In this document: one piece after another, positions 33,201 through 46,037 of the stretch
Layout of the letters: each line of letters opens with the position of its first letter
How positions within the stretch are numbered: position 1 is the stretch's first letter
Source of the DNA: Rebecca billardiae RCC1528
Taxonomy: Eukaryota > Protista > Haptophyta
DNA: 64,000 bases
NCBI GenBank assembly: GCA_965240325.2
Contig: OZ251241.1
Span: forward strand, 1,240,001-1,304,000
Direction of reading: 5' to 3'
Program-made: the position numbers and the translations under genes
The notes under the pieces: model-generated
Seen by the model: only the letters and a program-made list of their open reading frames with translations
The model's database searches: none
Told to the model about the DNA's origin: nothing

Positions 33201-35404
33201 CGCGCGCTCGGCTGCGGCGGCTGCGGCGGCGAGCGGCGCGGCGGGCGCCGCGCCGCCGTCCGCGTCGGCCGCCTCGCCCTCCGCCCCGCCCTCCTCCTCC
33301 TCCTCCTGCGTGCTCGCGTAGAACAGTAACTCGCCAAGCGCCGCGACCGCGCGCCGACGCACGCGCTCCGAGCGGTCGCGCGACGCGGCGGCGAGCGTGG
33401 TGGCCAGCGGCCTCTCGGCGGAGTCGGGGGCGATGAACGTGGCGTGGCGGAAGAGCAGGCCGAGCACGGTGCACAGCCGCGCGCGCAGCTCCGCCGACGT
33501 CCCCTTCTGCGAGCGCAGCTGCGACACCAGCAGCGCCGCGATCGCCGAGTTCACCAGTTGGTTCGCGAGCCGCGCGTCAATCGTGAGACTCTCGAGGTAG
33601 CCGAGGCAGTTGGCGCGCTCGGAGGCGGAGAGCGCGGGCGCGGCGCCGGGGGCGAGCCCGCCGCCGAGCGCGCGGAACACCGCGGTCAGGTGCTCCTCGA
33701 GCGCGCCCTGCGCCATCTCAAGCACGGTGCTGAGCGCGTGCGGCTCGAAAGGCAGCGCGCGCGGCTCAAAGGCGCCCGCGCCCGCGCCCCCTCCGCCCTC
33801 CACGTCGGAGGCGAGCACGATCGGGCGCACGGCGGCGTCGGTCGGGTGCCGGCTGAGCCGGAGGACGAGGGAGTCGGCGGCGAGCGCGGCCGCCGCCGCC
33901 GCCGAGGCGGAGGAGGGCGCGTCCGAGCCGAGGCAGCCGCTGGCCTCGGCGCCGACGTCGGCATTGCCGCCCTCCGCCGCGTCGCCCGCCGCCGATGCCG
34001 CGGGCCAGCCCGCGGGCGGCGGCGGCGGCAGCGGCTGGCCGGCGCGCGCGCCGGCCACCTGCAAGCCGGGCGCGCCGCCACGCCCCGCCGTCGCGCGGCC
34101 GGGCCCGCGGCCGCGCGCGCCGCCGCGCTTCGAGGCGGGCGGCGAGGGCGTCGGCGCGCCGCCGCCGTGCGCGCGCGCTCCGGCGCGCGCGCTGCCGGCG
34201 GCGCCGCGCGCGCGCGCGCTCGACTCGGCGCCGCCAGCGCTGCCGCCGGGGCCGGGGGTGTCGGCGCCGCGCCCGCGGCCGGCGCCTCCGCTCGGCGCGC
34301 GCGCGCCCAGCGCACCCGCCGCGCCCAGCGCGTGCGCCAGCACGGGCGCGCTCGTCGCGCGGCCCAGCGCGCCATGTTGCCCATCCGCGTCCGCGTCCGC
34401 GTCCTCGTCTTCGGCCGCGAGCGCCGCCAGTGCCGCCTCCGCCGCCTCCTCCTCGCCCTCCGCCGCCGCCTCCGCCTCGCCGTCGCTGCTGCGCTCGTCG
34501 ACGCCCAGCGGCGGCCCCGAGCGCGCGTGCGCCGACGCGCCACGCCCGCCGCTCGCGCCCGCGCCGTCGCGCCCTCCCACGCCGCCATGGCTGCCGCCTA
34601 GTCGAAGCTGAGCGCCGCCGTCGGCCGGCTCGAGCGCGGCGGCTCCGAAGTCGAGCTCGACGTCCGGGTGCGCCAGCTGCACGTCCTCGTCGTCCTCGTC
34701 GTCCTCCGCCCCCGCGGCTGCAGCTCCAGCCACCCCCGCTGTCTCCGCCGCCGCGTCCGCGCCGCGCCGCGCGCCCGCGCCCGCCCCTGAGCCCGCGCCC
34801 GCCGCTGCGGCCGCGGCGGGCAGGGAGGCGCCGTCAGTCGCGGCGTCAGCACGCGCACCGCCGCCGATCGCGCCCGCGCCGGATGGCGGCGAGTGTACAC
34901 CGCCCGCCCGCGTGGGCGCCGCCCGTACGGGCCGTCGGCGCGGCGCGACCGCGCCACTACCGCCAACACCGCCGGCCGGCGCGCGCGCGCCGCCGCTCGC
35001 CGCGCCGCCGCCGCCCGCGCCGCCGGCGGCGGTCTGCCGATATGCAGCGCCACCGCCTCGCTCGTGCGCGAGATGGCGGTTGGCGTTGCGCGAGAGCTTC
35101 GCCACGTCCACCGCCGCCGGCCCCGCGCTCGCCTCCGCCGCCGCCGCCTCCGCCGCCGCCGTGCCGGGCGACAGGCGAGCGCGCGCCGCGGCCGCGCCGC
35201 CCGCACCGCCAGGCGAGCGCGCGCGCGCGCCCTCGGGCGCAGCGCGCGCTGAAATGCCGTCGTGCGGCGCGGCGGCGGCGCCCCCGCCCGGCGTGCGCGA
35301 GCCCTCGCCCTCCCGGGGCGCGCGCGGACGCTCCTCCGCCCCGGGCGTGCGCGCACCCGCGCCCTTGCTGCGCGCACCCGCGCCGCCACCGCCCGCACCC
35401 CCGA

Positions 35405-35442
<38 letters not shown>

Positions 35443-36527
35443 GCGCCGCGCGGCAAGGCGCGGGCGCGCGCTCGCGCAAAAGCGTCGAAGTGGGGCTGGG
35501 GCGGCATGGGCAGCGGCTCGACCGCGCCGAGCCAGAAGGGCGCCTGCAGCAGCGCCGGCCACGCCGGGCGCTCGGTCGGCGGCTTGGCGAGCAGCGCGCC
35601 CACCAGCGCCGCCAGCTGCTGCCGCGCCGCGCTGTCCTCCGCGCCCTCCGCGCCGCCAGCAGACGAGTCAGCCGCCGCGGACGCGCCCGCCGCGGGCGTG
35701 TCCTGCGGCGAGCGGGGCGAGGCGGCGTGCTTGCCGTTGGACTCGGCGCGCCGGCGCGCCGAGCCGGGCGCGTCGCCCCGCGCGCGCCCCGCCGCGCCCT
35801 CCGCCGCGCCCGCCGCCGCGCCCGCCGCGCGTGCGGGCAGCAGCTCCGTCAGCCTGAGCAGCGGAGGGGGCTCGGTCAGAATCAGCCGCATCAGCGCCTT
35901 GAACGAGGTGGAGGAGAAGGGCGGCTCGCCCGCGGCGAGCTCGAAGAGGACGCAGCCGAGCGACCACAGGTCCGACGCGAACGACGGCAGCCCGCCCTGC
36001 TCGAACAGCTCGGGCGCCATGTACGCCGGCGTGCCGCGCTTGGCGAGGGCGGCGAGGTCGGCGCACGCCTCCGGGTCGGCGCTCGGCGGCAGCCGGCGCG
36101 CCTGGCCAAAGTCGGCGAGCTTGAGGATGCCGTACTCGTCGACGAGGACGTTGGAGGGCTTGAGGTCGCAGTACAGCACGCCCGACGCGTGCACGTACTG
36201 CAGCCCGCTCAGCAGGTCGAGGCCGAACGAGCGGACCGTCGAGGGCGGCAGCCGCCCATCCTGCAGGAGGAGCGTGAGCAGGTCGCCGCCCGTGCAGTAC
36301 TCGAGGACGAGCCACACGTGCGCGGAGGTCTCGAAGAAGGTGTGGAAGCGCAGCACGTTCGGGTGGTCCAGCGCGCGCAGCACGCGCACCTCGTGCAGCG
36401 ACTTGGCGCGATGCGCCTTCTCGACGCACTTGACGCCGACGTACTCGATCGACTTCTTCCGCCGGCCCTTGTACACGACGGAGTGCTTGCCGCCGCCGAT
36501 CTCCTCGTAGACGTGGTAGTTCTCCAT
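30298..36527 (-). CDS. ULK4: ULK4/RUNKEL kinase-like protein with ARM/HEAT repeats, multi-exon
   Basis: MENYHVYEEIG..KHSVVYKGRRKKSIEYV, YCDLKPSN, DFG, KRGTPAYMAPELF, RHATFI, AALGELLFY, HYAVKAIENI. Introns at ~32319-32471 and 31285-31457; a further intron could move the stop to ~30215. Confidence 0.93.
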
Positions 36528-36947
36528 CCGCGCCGCGGTGCCACGCTGCGCGCCGCCGCCGGCCGCGCGCCTCCGGCCCCGGCTTCTCCGCGCGGGTCGG
36601 GCGCCCGCGGCGCCACCGAGGGCAGGCAAAAGCAACAAGGGGCCGTTGCATTGGTTGCAGCGCCAACCGTGGCCCTTACATTAATGGTCGGCCACGATGG
36701 CGGCGCGAAAGGCCTTTTTCTTTGCTGCGGGCGCGGGCGCAAGCGGTCTTTTCGCGCTCCACCGTGTCGGGCATCAGCGTGGCGTCCGGGGCGAGCCTGC
36801 GGCGGCGAGACCCACCACCCGGGGCCTACCAGCTCGAAGCTCCGCCTGTGCGTGGTCGCGCACGCGCCGCTGGGCACCATAGTGTCGAAGAAGCGCTCGG
36901 GCAAGGCCGCGCCTGCCGCCGCGAAGGCCTCTCCTGCCGGCTCCGCC

Positions 36948-37761
36948 ATGATGAAGCGCGGCGTCAAGGGCGTGTTCTCACGCAAGAGCTCGAGCGGCTC
37001 GATCCCAAAGTTTGCAGAGCAGCTGTGGGACAAGTACAAGGACCCGAAGGACGCGGAGAGCATCGGGCCCGAAGGCGTCGAGCGGTTGTGCCACGACATC
37101 GGCTTCGACCCCTCCGACGTGCACATCCTCGTCTTCGCTTGGCAGCTCAACGCAGCGCGCATGGGCTACTTCACAAAAGCCGAGTGGACGGCGGGGCTGA
37201 ACAAGCTGCGCGCGTCGGCGCTGCCCGAGCTCAAGACGACGCTCGAGGGCGTGTACCAGGAGACGCTGCAGGGCGCGCGCACGAGCCACGGCGACGTCGA
37301 GTCCTTCCGCGACTTCTACGCGTTTGCGCACCGGTTCTGCCGCGACGACAACAAAAAGAATATCGACACGGAGACGGCGTGCGCGATGCTCACGATGCTG
37401 CTCACGCCGTTGTACCCGCGACACGTCGAGCAGTTCACCGCGTACCTGGCCAAGATCAACCGCACGCACGGTGTCAACCAGGTGCGTCGCCACGCCGCCG
37501 GCCGCGCGCCGCGCCTCGCGCGCACCGGCTGTCGCAGCAGCGCACGCACAGGGCCGCGCCAAGCCGGCCGCGCGCGCCGCTCAGCCGGCCGCGCGCGCGC
37601 CGCGCCGCGCGCGCGCGCCGCGCGCCGCGCAGGACGAGTGGATGTGCTTCTGGGAGCTCTGCCGAACCGTGAAGGACGACTGCTCCAACTACGCGGACGA
37701 CGGCGCCTGGCCCATCCTGCTGGACGAGTACGTCGAGTTTGTGCAGGGCGGCGGCAAGTGA
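36948..37761 (+). CDS. DCUN1D: DCN1-like cullin neddylation protein (PONY domain)
   Basis: IGPEGVERLCHDIG, AWQLNAARMGYFT, FRDFYAFA, D.W..F, NYADDGAWPILLDEYV. Intron at 37482-37632. Confidence 0.93.
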
Positions 37762-38240
37762 GCGCGGTGCCTGCGCGGTGGTGCCGCGCGGGCGCGCGCC
37801 CGCGGAGGGCGGGCGTCGGAGGCGGCGGCGGCGAGGCCTGGCGCGGCGTGGACGAGCGGACGGGGCTCCGTCCGCGGCGTTGCCCCGTGCTGGGCGCCGA
37901 GCCTGCGCCGTGGCACTGTGCGCCCTGACTGGGGCGGGCGACCGGGCGTCGTAATATTATATATAATATCAATGATGACAGACTATTAGTGACGAGTGAG
38001 CTCGCGCGGTCAACTCAACGACAATCGACATCGTCGCGTCGATGTGATGGAGTCAGCACGCTGAGCATGCGATCGGAATTCGGATGCCGATGACGATGCG
38101 CGTGCTGCGCCGAACCGGCCGGCGGCGGCCAGTCCGGTCTGCGTCGTCAGCCCAGACTGAGTGGCACTCACCGTACTCAGTGGCAGCGGCGGTCCGGCGC
38201 GATCAGCACTGACGAGTTACAAGTATCATACAATCAGCAT

Positions 38241-38347
<107 letters not shown>

Positions 38348-39392
38348 TAGTCGTAAATATACGGTACTATCGTCGTCAGATTTTTACTTATTTTATCATA
38401 TAAAAAAGCTGACTCTGACGCCTGCCCGTTGCATACCACGTCGTTAATATAATAATAATAATAATAATAATAATGATGATGATGATAATAAAATTAATAT
38501 ATAATATAATAATCACACGCTCGTCCGCCTGCTTACTGATTTAAGCGGACATCAGCAATGAGCAATATGATCAGGCTCATCACTCATATCAGCGCATCAT
38601 CATGGCACGACTCGTGGCGGGTTGGTCGTCGGCGTTCGTCTCACGTCTGTCCGCAACGTTGTCTACTCACGTGCTGCGTCGCTCGTGCTTCGAATTCGTG
38701 TCGTCTGTGACTGACAGACTGTGTCCGTAAGCGTGTCCTGCATGACCCGAGGCCGGTGGCCCTCACTGAGTCACTGTCCGACATCATCCGCGTCCGTGAG
38801 TCGTATAATCGTACGTATATATATGCTCTGGCCGTGCCCTGGCGTATTGGCGAGTGGCGTCAGGCTGCCGCCGCTGCTCTCGGCGGCTCCGGCGGAAACG
38901 GTCCGATTCAGAATTTATAAGCAGGCTCATCATCATCAGCCGCCGTGCAGTGCCGTGGGGGCGTGATTCAAATAATTCGTCACGACTGCTACGTACAACA
39001 TCAGGGCCTCGGCCGCGCGATGTGATGAGATGTCACTCGGACGAATGCAGACGCAGCAGTTGGCAGTCTAACCGAGTGGGTCACTGCAGTGGCAGCGGTG
39101 TGACAAGCTCGGGGTTGCGTTGGCCCGGTCACTCTGCTGCGACGACGCTGCCCCTGACGGCGGCCGATATCTCGCGCATCGTGAGAGTCAGTACACTCAG
39201 CAGCGTTCTGACGGTCTCGGACTCGGGGCAGCAGCTGAGCAGCGCCCACGTCTCGTGCTAGTCGTATAGACGCAAGTCCATGCAGTTCAGTCCGACGGCC
39301 ATTCGTCATACCATTTGTTGGCTGCTCGTTCACACGACCGCGTCGTTGACGGTAATCGTCATCAGTCTGGCATATCTGATATCATGAGACTA

Positions 39393-39438
39393 CAGTTTAC
39401 TAAGAATAAGAGACGCACACAGCTTAGGCAGGTGAGTA
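39393..39438 (+). repeat. Solo Tc1/mariner-like end (copy 3)
   Basis: ta-CAGTTTACTAAGAATAAGAGACGCACACAGCTTAGGCAGGTGAGT. Confidence 0.6.
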
Positions 39439-40096
39439 CCAAACACTGCTAGTATTAGTGCCGCCAACCCTTTCGAGCGTCTCTACTGCCATGGCTGTGT
39501 CGAGATGCAGTCCACTCACATCATCGTTGAGTGGCATCATGTGAGTTGGGGACTCTTCGCCGTACCGGACACTGCCCTACAGTGAGCAGCACGCGCGACT
39601 ACCGCTCACTCCATGCGCTGCATCGCCGTGGCAGCCAGTCGGTGCAGCGTCCGCGGCTCTCGGCCCGATGGGGCGCGGACGGGCGGGTCCCAGCGTCCTG
39701 AATGAGTCGGATGATGAATCAATCAGCCGCATGCATCCACGCATGCTCCATCAAGCCGGCAGACTCGCCGCCACGGTGGGGCTGCGGCCGTGCGTGCGCG
39801 TGCGCAGCGGGAGGCCGGGCTGGGAGCGCGCGGGCAGTCCCGAAGCGTTCGCCAGTCCGGTGGGCTAACCCTCGCAGATTGATATGAGAAGCGTCTGCGA
39901 ACGTTCGTGTCCCGGACTGCGGGGGCTGAGTGGAAAGGTGGAGTTGGGCAGTTGCGACTCGGGCTGACGAAGCAAGGCGTGTGCGCGGGCGCGCCCCCGC
40001 CGCCGCTTGTCGCGCACCAGCCCCCTCGTTCGCGGGGAGGGAGGGGAGAGCACTGCCCTCGAGCCCTGCCCCCACAACAAGCGCGCGGCACTCCCC

Positions 40097-40180
40097 ATGA
40101 CGTACTCGCCCGGGGCAGGCACGCCGGGCGGCGCGGGGCCGACGCACGGGATCGGCACGTCGCAGCGCCTCGCCGAGAAG

Positions 40181-40214
<34 letters not shown>

Positions 40215-41448
40215 AGAAGGCGGCCGCGGCCGCGGCCGCAGTCGCGCGCGCGCAACCGCCGGCCCGCACGGGCAAGTCGGGCGCGGGCTCGTCGAGGGGC
40301 GGCGGCGGGCGCGGCGGGCGCGCGGAGGAGCGCATGTCCACACCGCCGCCCGACGACGCGCACGCGCACGGCGGCGCCGACGCCGGCGCCGCCGCCGGGA
40401 GCGGCAGGGGCGGCGGCAAGCATGCAGCGGGCGCCGACGGCGCGTACGCAATCGACCGGCGGCACAGCGTGCAGCTGTCGAAGAAGGTGACGAACACGGA
40501 CCTGAGCATGAACCGGATCACCCTGCCCGACCCGGTCCACGTCGAGTCCTTCCTCGGGCGCGACGCCCGCGACATCGACGCGCACGACGCGCGCGGCGGC
40601 CGGTGGCCGCTCAAGTTCCGCCACTGGTCCAACCGCACCTCACGCATGTACATCCTGTGCGGCGTGCAGCCGTTCTTCGCGAAGACGGGCGCGAAGGTGC
40701 GCGCGCGCCGAGCGCGCGGGCGTGAGCGCGCGCGCCCAGCCCGCCGCGCCCCGCCGCGCCCGCCGTGGATGCCCCGGGCGCGCGCGCGCGCGCGCGCGTG
40801 CGCGCCGCGCATGCACACGCGCGCATGCATGGCGGCGCGCGTGCATGCGCGGCGCGCGCACGCGCCGCGGGTCGCGGGCCGGGCCCCGGCCGGGCGTGCG
40901 CGCTCGGCCACCCGCGCGCGTGCACCCCCTGACCTTCCCCCCGCCGCCCGCCCGCCCGCCCCGCGCCCCGCCCGCCGCCGCAGACCGGTGCCACCTTCCA
41001 GATGGCCAAGGTCGGCGCGCGGCTGCTGATCGGCATCGACGAGTCGACCATCGACAAGGGCGGCAAGGGCAAAGGCTCGAAGAAGAAGGCGCCGAGCCGC
41101 TCGGGCGTGCGCCCCGCGGCGGGCGAGAAGTCGGGCGGCGGCGGGGTCAAGCGCAAGGCCGGCGGCGCCGCGCCGCCCGCCGCGCGCCGCCCCGCCGCCT
41201 CCTCGCGCAAGGCGGACGCCAAGGCCGGCGGCTCGGCCTACAACAAGAAATCGCGCTCCGGGCGGCGCCCGCCCAAGGTGGCGCGCCGGGACGCGCCCGC
41301 GCGCGCCGCGGACGACGAGGAGGAGGAGGAGGAGGAGGAGGAGGATGGCGAGGAGGAGGAGGAGGGCGAGGAGACGGACGGCGAGGAGGACGACGGCGAG
41401 GAGGGCGAGGAGGGCGAGGAGGACGAGGACGCCGACTCGGAGGAGCTG

Positions 41449-41487
<39 letters not shown>

Positions 41488-42807
41488 GAGGAGGACGAGG
41501 AGGCGGCCGCGGCGGCCGACGCGGCGGCCGCGGCCGCCGCCGACGTCGACGGCTCCTTCCCGTACCCGCACGCGGGCTCGGAGCACGGCTCGCTCTCGGA
41601 CGGGCACGACGACGTCGACGCCCGCGCGAGGGGCGCGCACGACGCCGCGCACGCCGGCCGCGCCGCGCGCGCCGCGCCCACCGCCGGCGGGCACGCGCGC
41701 GGCGCGGCCGCGGACGGCGGCGCGCATGCGCGCTCCGACAAGGCTGGCGCGCGCGCGGCCGGCGGCGCCCGCCGCGCGGCCGGCGCGCACGACGGCGGCG
41801 GCCGCGCGGCGGAGCGCGCGAACGGCCGCGCGGCGGGCCGCGCGAACGGCCGCGCCGCGCCCGCCGCCTCCGCGCCGCGCGCCGCCGCCAAGCGCCCGCG
41901 CGCCGGCGGCGCTGCGCACGCGCGCGCGCGCAAGCACGCCGGCGCCGCGGCCGTGATGGCGCAGATGGCGGCGCGCGAGCGCGCGCGGTACGCGCACGGC
42001 GACGTGGACGTGGAGGGCGAGGGCGAGGGCGCGTACGCACATCCGCACGCGCAGCAGTACGACGCGCACGCCGCGCCGCCGCCCGCACACCAGTACCCGC
42101 CGCCGCCCGCTCAGTACGAGCCGCCGCCGCCGAGCGCGACGCCCGCGCCCGCCGCCAAGCCGGGCGTGCGTCCGGAGCCGGGCCGCATCCGCGTGTGGTG
42201 GGCGCTAGAGAGCCGCTGGTACTACGGCACCGCGCACGCGGCGCACGCGTGCGGCGCGCAGCTCGTGGCGTACGACAACGGGCACTGGCTCTGGCACGAC
42301 CTGCTCGACGAGACTTGGCAGTACGTCTTGCCGGAGGTCGGCGCGGCACCCGAGCACGCGGCGCCGGGCGCGCACGAGGCCGCGGCCGAGCCGGCCGGCG
42401 CGGGCGCGGCCGGCTGGGGCGACGGCGCGGCGGGCGGCGCGGCGGACGCGGCGGCGGTTGCGGCTGCGGCCGCGGCCGCGCCGAGCGCCGCGCCGCCGCC
42501 GCCCGGCGCGAAGGCCGAGCCTGAGCTCGCGGCCGCCGGCGCCGTGCCGGCGGAGAGCGCGGAGGCCGCCGCCGCGGCCGCGCTGTGCAGCTCGGCTGCA
42601 GGCATCGCCGCGCCCGCGCCCGCCGCGCCCGCGCCCGCCGCGCCCGCGCCCGCCGCGCCCGCGCCCGCCGCACCGCCGGCCGACGCGCATGCGGCCGCGC
42701 TGCTGCGCAAGCGGCGGCAGGAGGGCTCGCTCGCGGGCGAGGATGGCATGGACCAAATGGATTGGCTGTACGCGCTCGAGACTGAGCTCGACACCTCGCT
42801 GCTGTGA
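40097..42807 (+). CDS. B3 DNA-binding domain (LAV/VAL-like) + acidic tract + Tudor-like domain protein
   Basis: LSKKVTNTDLSMNRITLP...WPLKFRHWSNRTSRMYILCGVQPF. Intron at 40697-40983 continues TGATFQMAKVGARLLIG. Poly-D/E tract. RIRVWW..ESRWYYG..LVAYDNG..DL.DETW is Tudor-like (PDS5/MSH6 type). Confidence 0.82.
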
Positions 42808-43241
42808 CGGCCGCGACGCGGCGTGCCCGCGCCCGCCCGCCGCCCGGCTGCCAGCGTGCGCGTGGCGCCGCGGGAGTGGCGCGGGCGCGCGCGCCCTCGG
42901 CCGCCGCGGCGCGCGCGCCGCGAGCTTGGCATGTTGTGCGCCCGCCCGCCCGCCCGCCCGCCCGCCCGCCGCGGCGCGGCGGGCGGCGATGTGCGTGGGC
43001 CCCGATCGAGCCTGCCGACGATGACAATCGCCAATTCACCCCGTCGACGGCTGCTGGAACGCGCCGAGCCCGGCGTTGCGTGCTTGGATGAGATAGCAGC
43101 AGCAGCCGCGCGAGTGGATGCCGCTGCCGCATGCTCGTCATGCGTGCACACGTGCTCGGTGCTGACGACTGACGTCAGACGTGCGGCGCGGTGCAGCCTG
43201 GGCCCGCACGGGCTCATCATCGTCGGGAGGCTTCTATATTT

Positions 43242-43956
43242 GTGGCTGAGTCAGTTTAAATTCCCCTTCGGCGAAGGGAAACTTTTTCCGCGCAAATAAG
43301 CCCGGTCAAAGAAAGTCGAAACCCGCTGACTCACCCGCAAGCTCAGACTAGTCAGAGTGGGCCGCCCGTGCGGTTGCCAGCATGCCTGCGGTCGGCCGTC
43401 CTGGGCGAGCCGCAGTGATCGGAGCCAACTGGATGGGCTCGGTCACAGCCGAGTCAGCAGGGAGGTGATCGTAGCGAGCAGCACCGCCGACATGCGGCAT
43501 GTTCAAGGACGAGGTGCTGAGTCATGCAGCAGCTCGGCTCGCGGCACGGAGCGGCGGCTCACGTCGGATGGCGGCGTGGAGTGATGCCGGCCTCGACAAG
43601 CGTCAGACACGCTGCCTACAGGCCTGACAGGATGCACTGAGCAAGCTGCGCCAGTGGGTGCGGCAGCGACATGCGTCTCTAGCTGCGCCGTGACCTCTTG
43701 ACGCGCTGGCCGCCGCCCGGCGCCCAGCGCGCGCACTGCCGCGCGCCGCGCGGCTCAGGCTGGAGCCGTCTCAGATCCAATCTGACTCACACTTCTCAGA
43801 AATTCAAAAAAAAATGGATTTTCTCGCCCAATTTTGGTCCTTCGTCGACGTTCTTGGGCTCTACGTGCTCCTCTCGACGAGGCGCTTCGGGTAGGCTAGC
43901 TAACTCGGATCGGCGACCCCTGCACTAAAAAGGGGATTTTAAACTGACTCAGCCAC
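43242..43956. mobile_element. MITE with ~27-bp TIR and 4-bp ATTT TSD (Sola-like)
   Basis: GTGGCTGAGTCAGTTTAAATTCCCCTT ... AAGGGGATTTTAAACTGACTCAGCCAC, with ATTT on both sides. Confidence 0.8.
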
Positions 43957-44111
43957 ATTTCGTCTTAAATAATTTAATATATATCTATATATATCTATAT
44001 AGATAGGCCGAGCTGCCAGCCCGTGAGCCTGCCACCGAGCAGCTGATCGGTCACCCGGGCAGACCTACCCGCTACCGTGCCTCACTCATAGTGTTATCCG
44101 ATTCCGAAGCC

Positions 44112-44226
44112 TGAGCCATCGCGGGCGACGACTACTAGCTATATATATGAGCCATCGCGGGCGACGACTACTAGCTATATATATATATATATACTATATA
44201 TATACTCTATATATATACTCTCTCTC

Positions 44227-44260
<34 letters not shown>
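44112..44260. repeat. ~37-bp tandem duplication plus (TA)n tract
   Basis: tgagccatcgcgggcgacgactactagctatatat occurs twice. Confidence 0.85.
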
Positions 44261-44839
44261 CCTCATCACTTCCGAGGCTCTGACTCTGTCCTCTGCTCCT
44301 CACCCCGAGTCACCCGCCGGCCACTAGTTGACGATGACGGTCATGACGTGTATGAATATAAGTGCCGGCCCCGCGAATCGCCGACTCCGAGGCGGCAACG
44401 CGCACGCTCACAGATGGGCGCCGAGTCTGAGTCACACGCAACGGACAACGGTCCGAAGTAGACGTAGTCGTCATCCGAGACATCAGCGCGCACATGCTGA
44501 TGCATCGTCCCCCGTCTATCCTCATCCTGAGGTCAGTCATCCTGCTTGAATCAGTACCGTTTACGCGACACGGTCACGGTCTGTCGGTCACGGACCGGAA
44601 TCTGCCACTGCTCTGCCGCGGAGAGCCGCGCCCTCCGGCTCCGGACCGTGCATGAGTAGTCGGGCTGCCTGTCTCTTATAAGGCCGTAAATTGAGTCATC
44701 TAGAATAATTAGTATGTCAGTCACGCACGTCTGGCGGCTGGATGGTCGTCGGCCGCCAGTCGTGGACTCCGCGCCTGCTCCGTGCTCGGATGCGTGTGCG
44801 ACGGTGGCCATGGAGCCGTTCGGGACGCCAGGTGCAGCG

Positions 44840-45832
44840 TCAGCAGCCATCAAGCTGGCGCAAGGTGTGCTTGAGCGCGGGCATGAGCACGGCCAGGTTC
44901 TCGCGCACCGCGTTCGGCCGACCCGGCAGGTTGACCACAAGCGTCTTCCCGCGAATCCCCGCCACGCCCCTCGAGAGCATCGCGTGCGGCTGCGAGGGCA
45001 GAGCGCGCAGCAGCACGGCCTCTGCAATGCCCGGGACGAGCCGCTCGCACGCGGCGCGCGTGGCCTCGGGCGTGACGTCGCGCGGCGAGCAGCCGGTGCC
45101 GCCGGTGGTGAGGATGAGGCGGCACGCGGGCTCACCGCTCTGCTCCGGCGCGCTCCACGCCTTGAGCGTGCCCTCGATCTGCGCCAGCTCGTCCGGCACG
45201 ACGGCCGTGCGCCGCACGCGCACGCGCCACGCGCCCGTGCGCGCGCCGTACTCCTCGAGAGCCCGCTGCGTCTCTGGGCCGCTCAGGTCTTCGTACACGC
45301 CGGCGGAGGCGCGGTCGCTGACGGTGAGCACACCCACCTCGAGCTCATAGTCCGGCTCCGCCGGAGTCGGCGCGGCCGGCGCGACGCCGCCCTTGGGCGC
45401 GGCGCACGCGAGCGCGCTCGATTCGACGCAGCACACATCTGAGAGGGGCGGCGGCACGTGCGGCCGCGAAGGGCCGTGCTCAGCGTGGTGCGCGGTGGAG
45501 CTCTCGAAGAGCGCGAGCTGCTCGGGCGTGGCCTTCGCCTGATGCGTCGCCTTCCACTCCTTGTACGGCACGCCGTACACGTGCAGCAGCGCGTCGTCGT
45601 ACCCACCCGGCAGCCGGAGGCCCAGCTCCTCCGAGCCTCGGAGGTACCACTTGGACAGGCAGTTGCGGCAGAAGCCGGCGAGGTTCATCAGGTCGATGTT
45701 CTGCACGCTCGGGCGGTCGCGGAGGTGCTGCACCAGCGCGCGGAACGCGAAGGCCTCGAGCGCCTCGGAGGACGCGCGTGCCTCCGCATCGGCGTCGTGC
45801 TCGTGGTGGTGGTGGTGCGGTGCGCTCGCCAT
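44840..45832 (-). CDS. DUF1244 domain fused to MogA/MoaB-type molybdopterin adenylyltransferase
   Basis: N-terminal VQNIDLMNLAGFCRNCLSKWY...VYG.PY.EWK..HQ; C-terminal LTVSDRAS...EDLSGP, TTGGTG.SPRDVTPEAT, LSRGVAGIRGKTLVVNLPG. Confidence 0.9.
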   Translation of the reverse strand: MASAPHHHHHEHDADAEARASSEALEAFAFRALVQHLRDRPSVQNIDLMNLAGFCRNCLSKWYLRGSEELGLRLPGGYDDALLHVYGVPYKEWKATHQAKATPEQLALFESSTAHHAEHGPSRPHVPPPLSDVCCVESSALACAAPKGGVAPAAPTPAEPDYELEVGVLTVSDRASAGVYEDLSGPETQRALEEYGARTGAWRVRVRRTAVVPDELAQIEGTLKAWSAPEQSGEPACRLILTTGGTGCSPRDVTPEATRAACERLVPGIAEAVLLRALPSQPHAMLSRGVAGIRGKTLVVNLPGRPNAVRENLAVLMPALKHTLRQLDGC

Positions 45833-46037
45833 TCGCGTGTTACCTGCGCGTCGCGAACGCTTTTGTACCGATCATAAAAAGCTCAAGGAAGCGGCTTGCC
45901 GCCAGCCGAGCCCGGCAGCCATCGTTGATGCGTTGTCCGCGTGGCTGCAAGCCCTCCCTCCCCTGCCGCGGCCCGGCTGGCGCTGAGCTCCGCGCGCAAT
46001 CGCGTCGTCGAGCACGGCCACATCGCGAGCGCGCGCG

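Noticed and set aside
38500-39390. Decayed coding-like sequence
   Set aside because: No recognisable motif or consistent frame.
39865-39872. CTAACCCT as a telomerase RNA template
   Set aside because: An 8-mer like this is expected about once by chance in a window this size, and no Pol III promoter or terminator context is evident.
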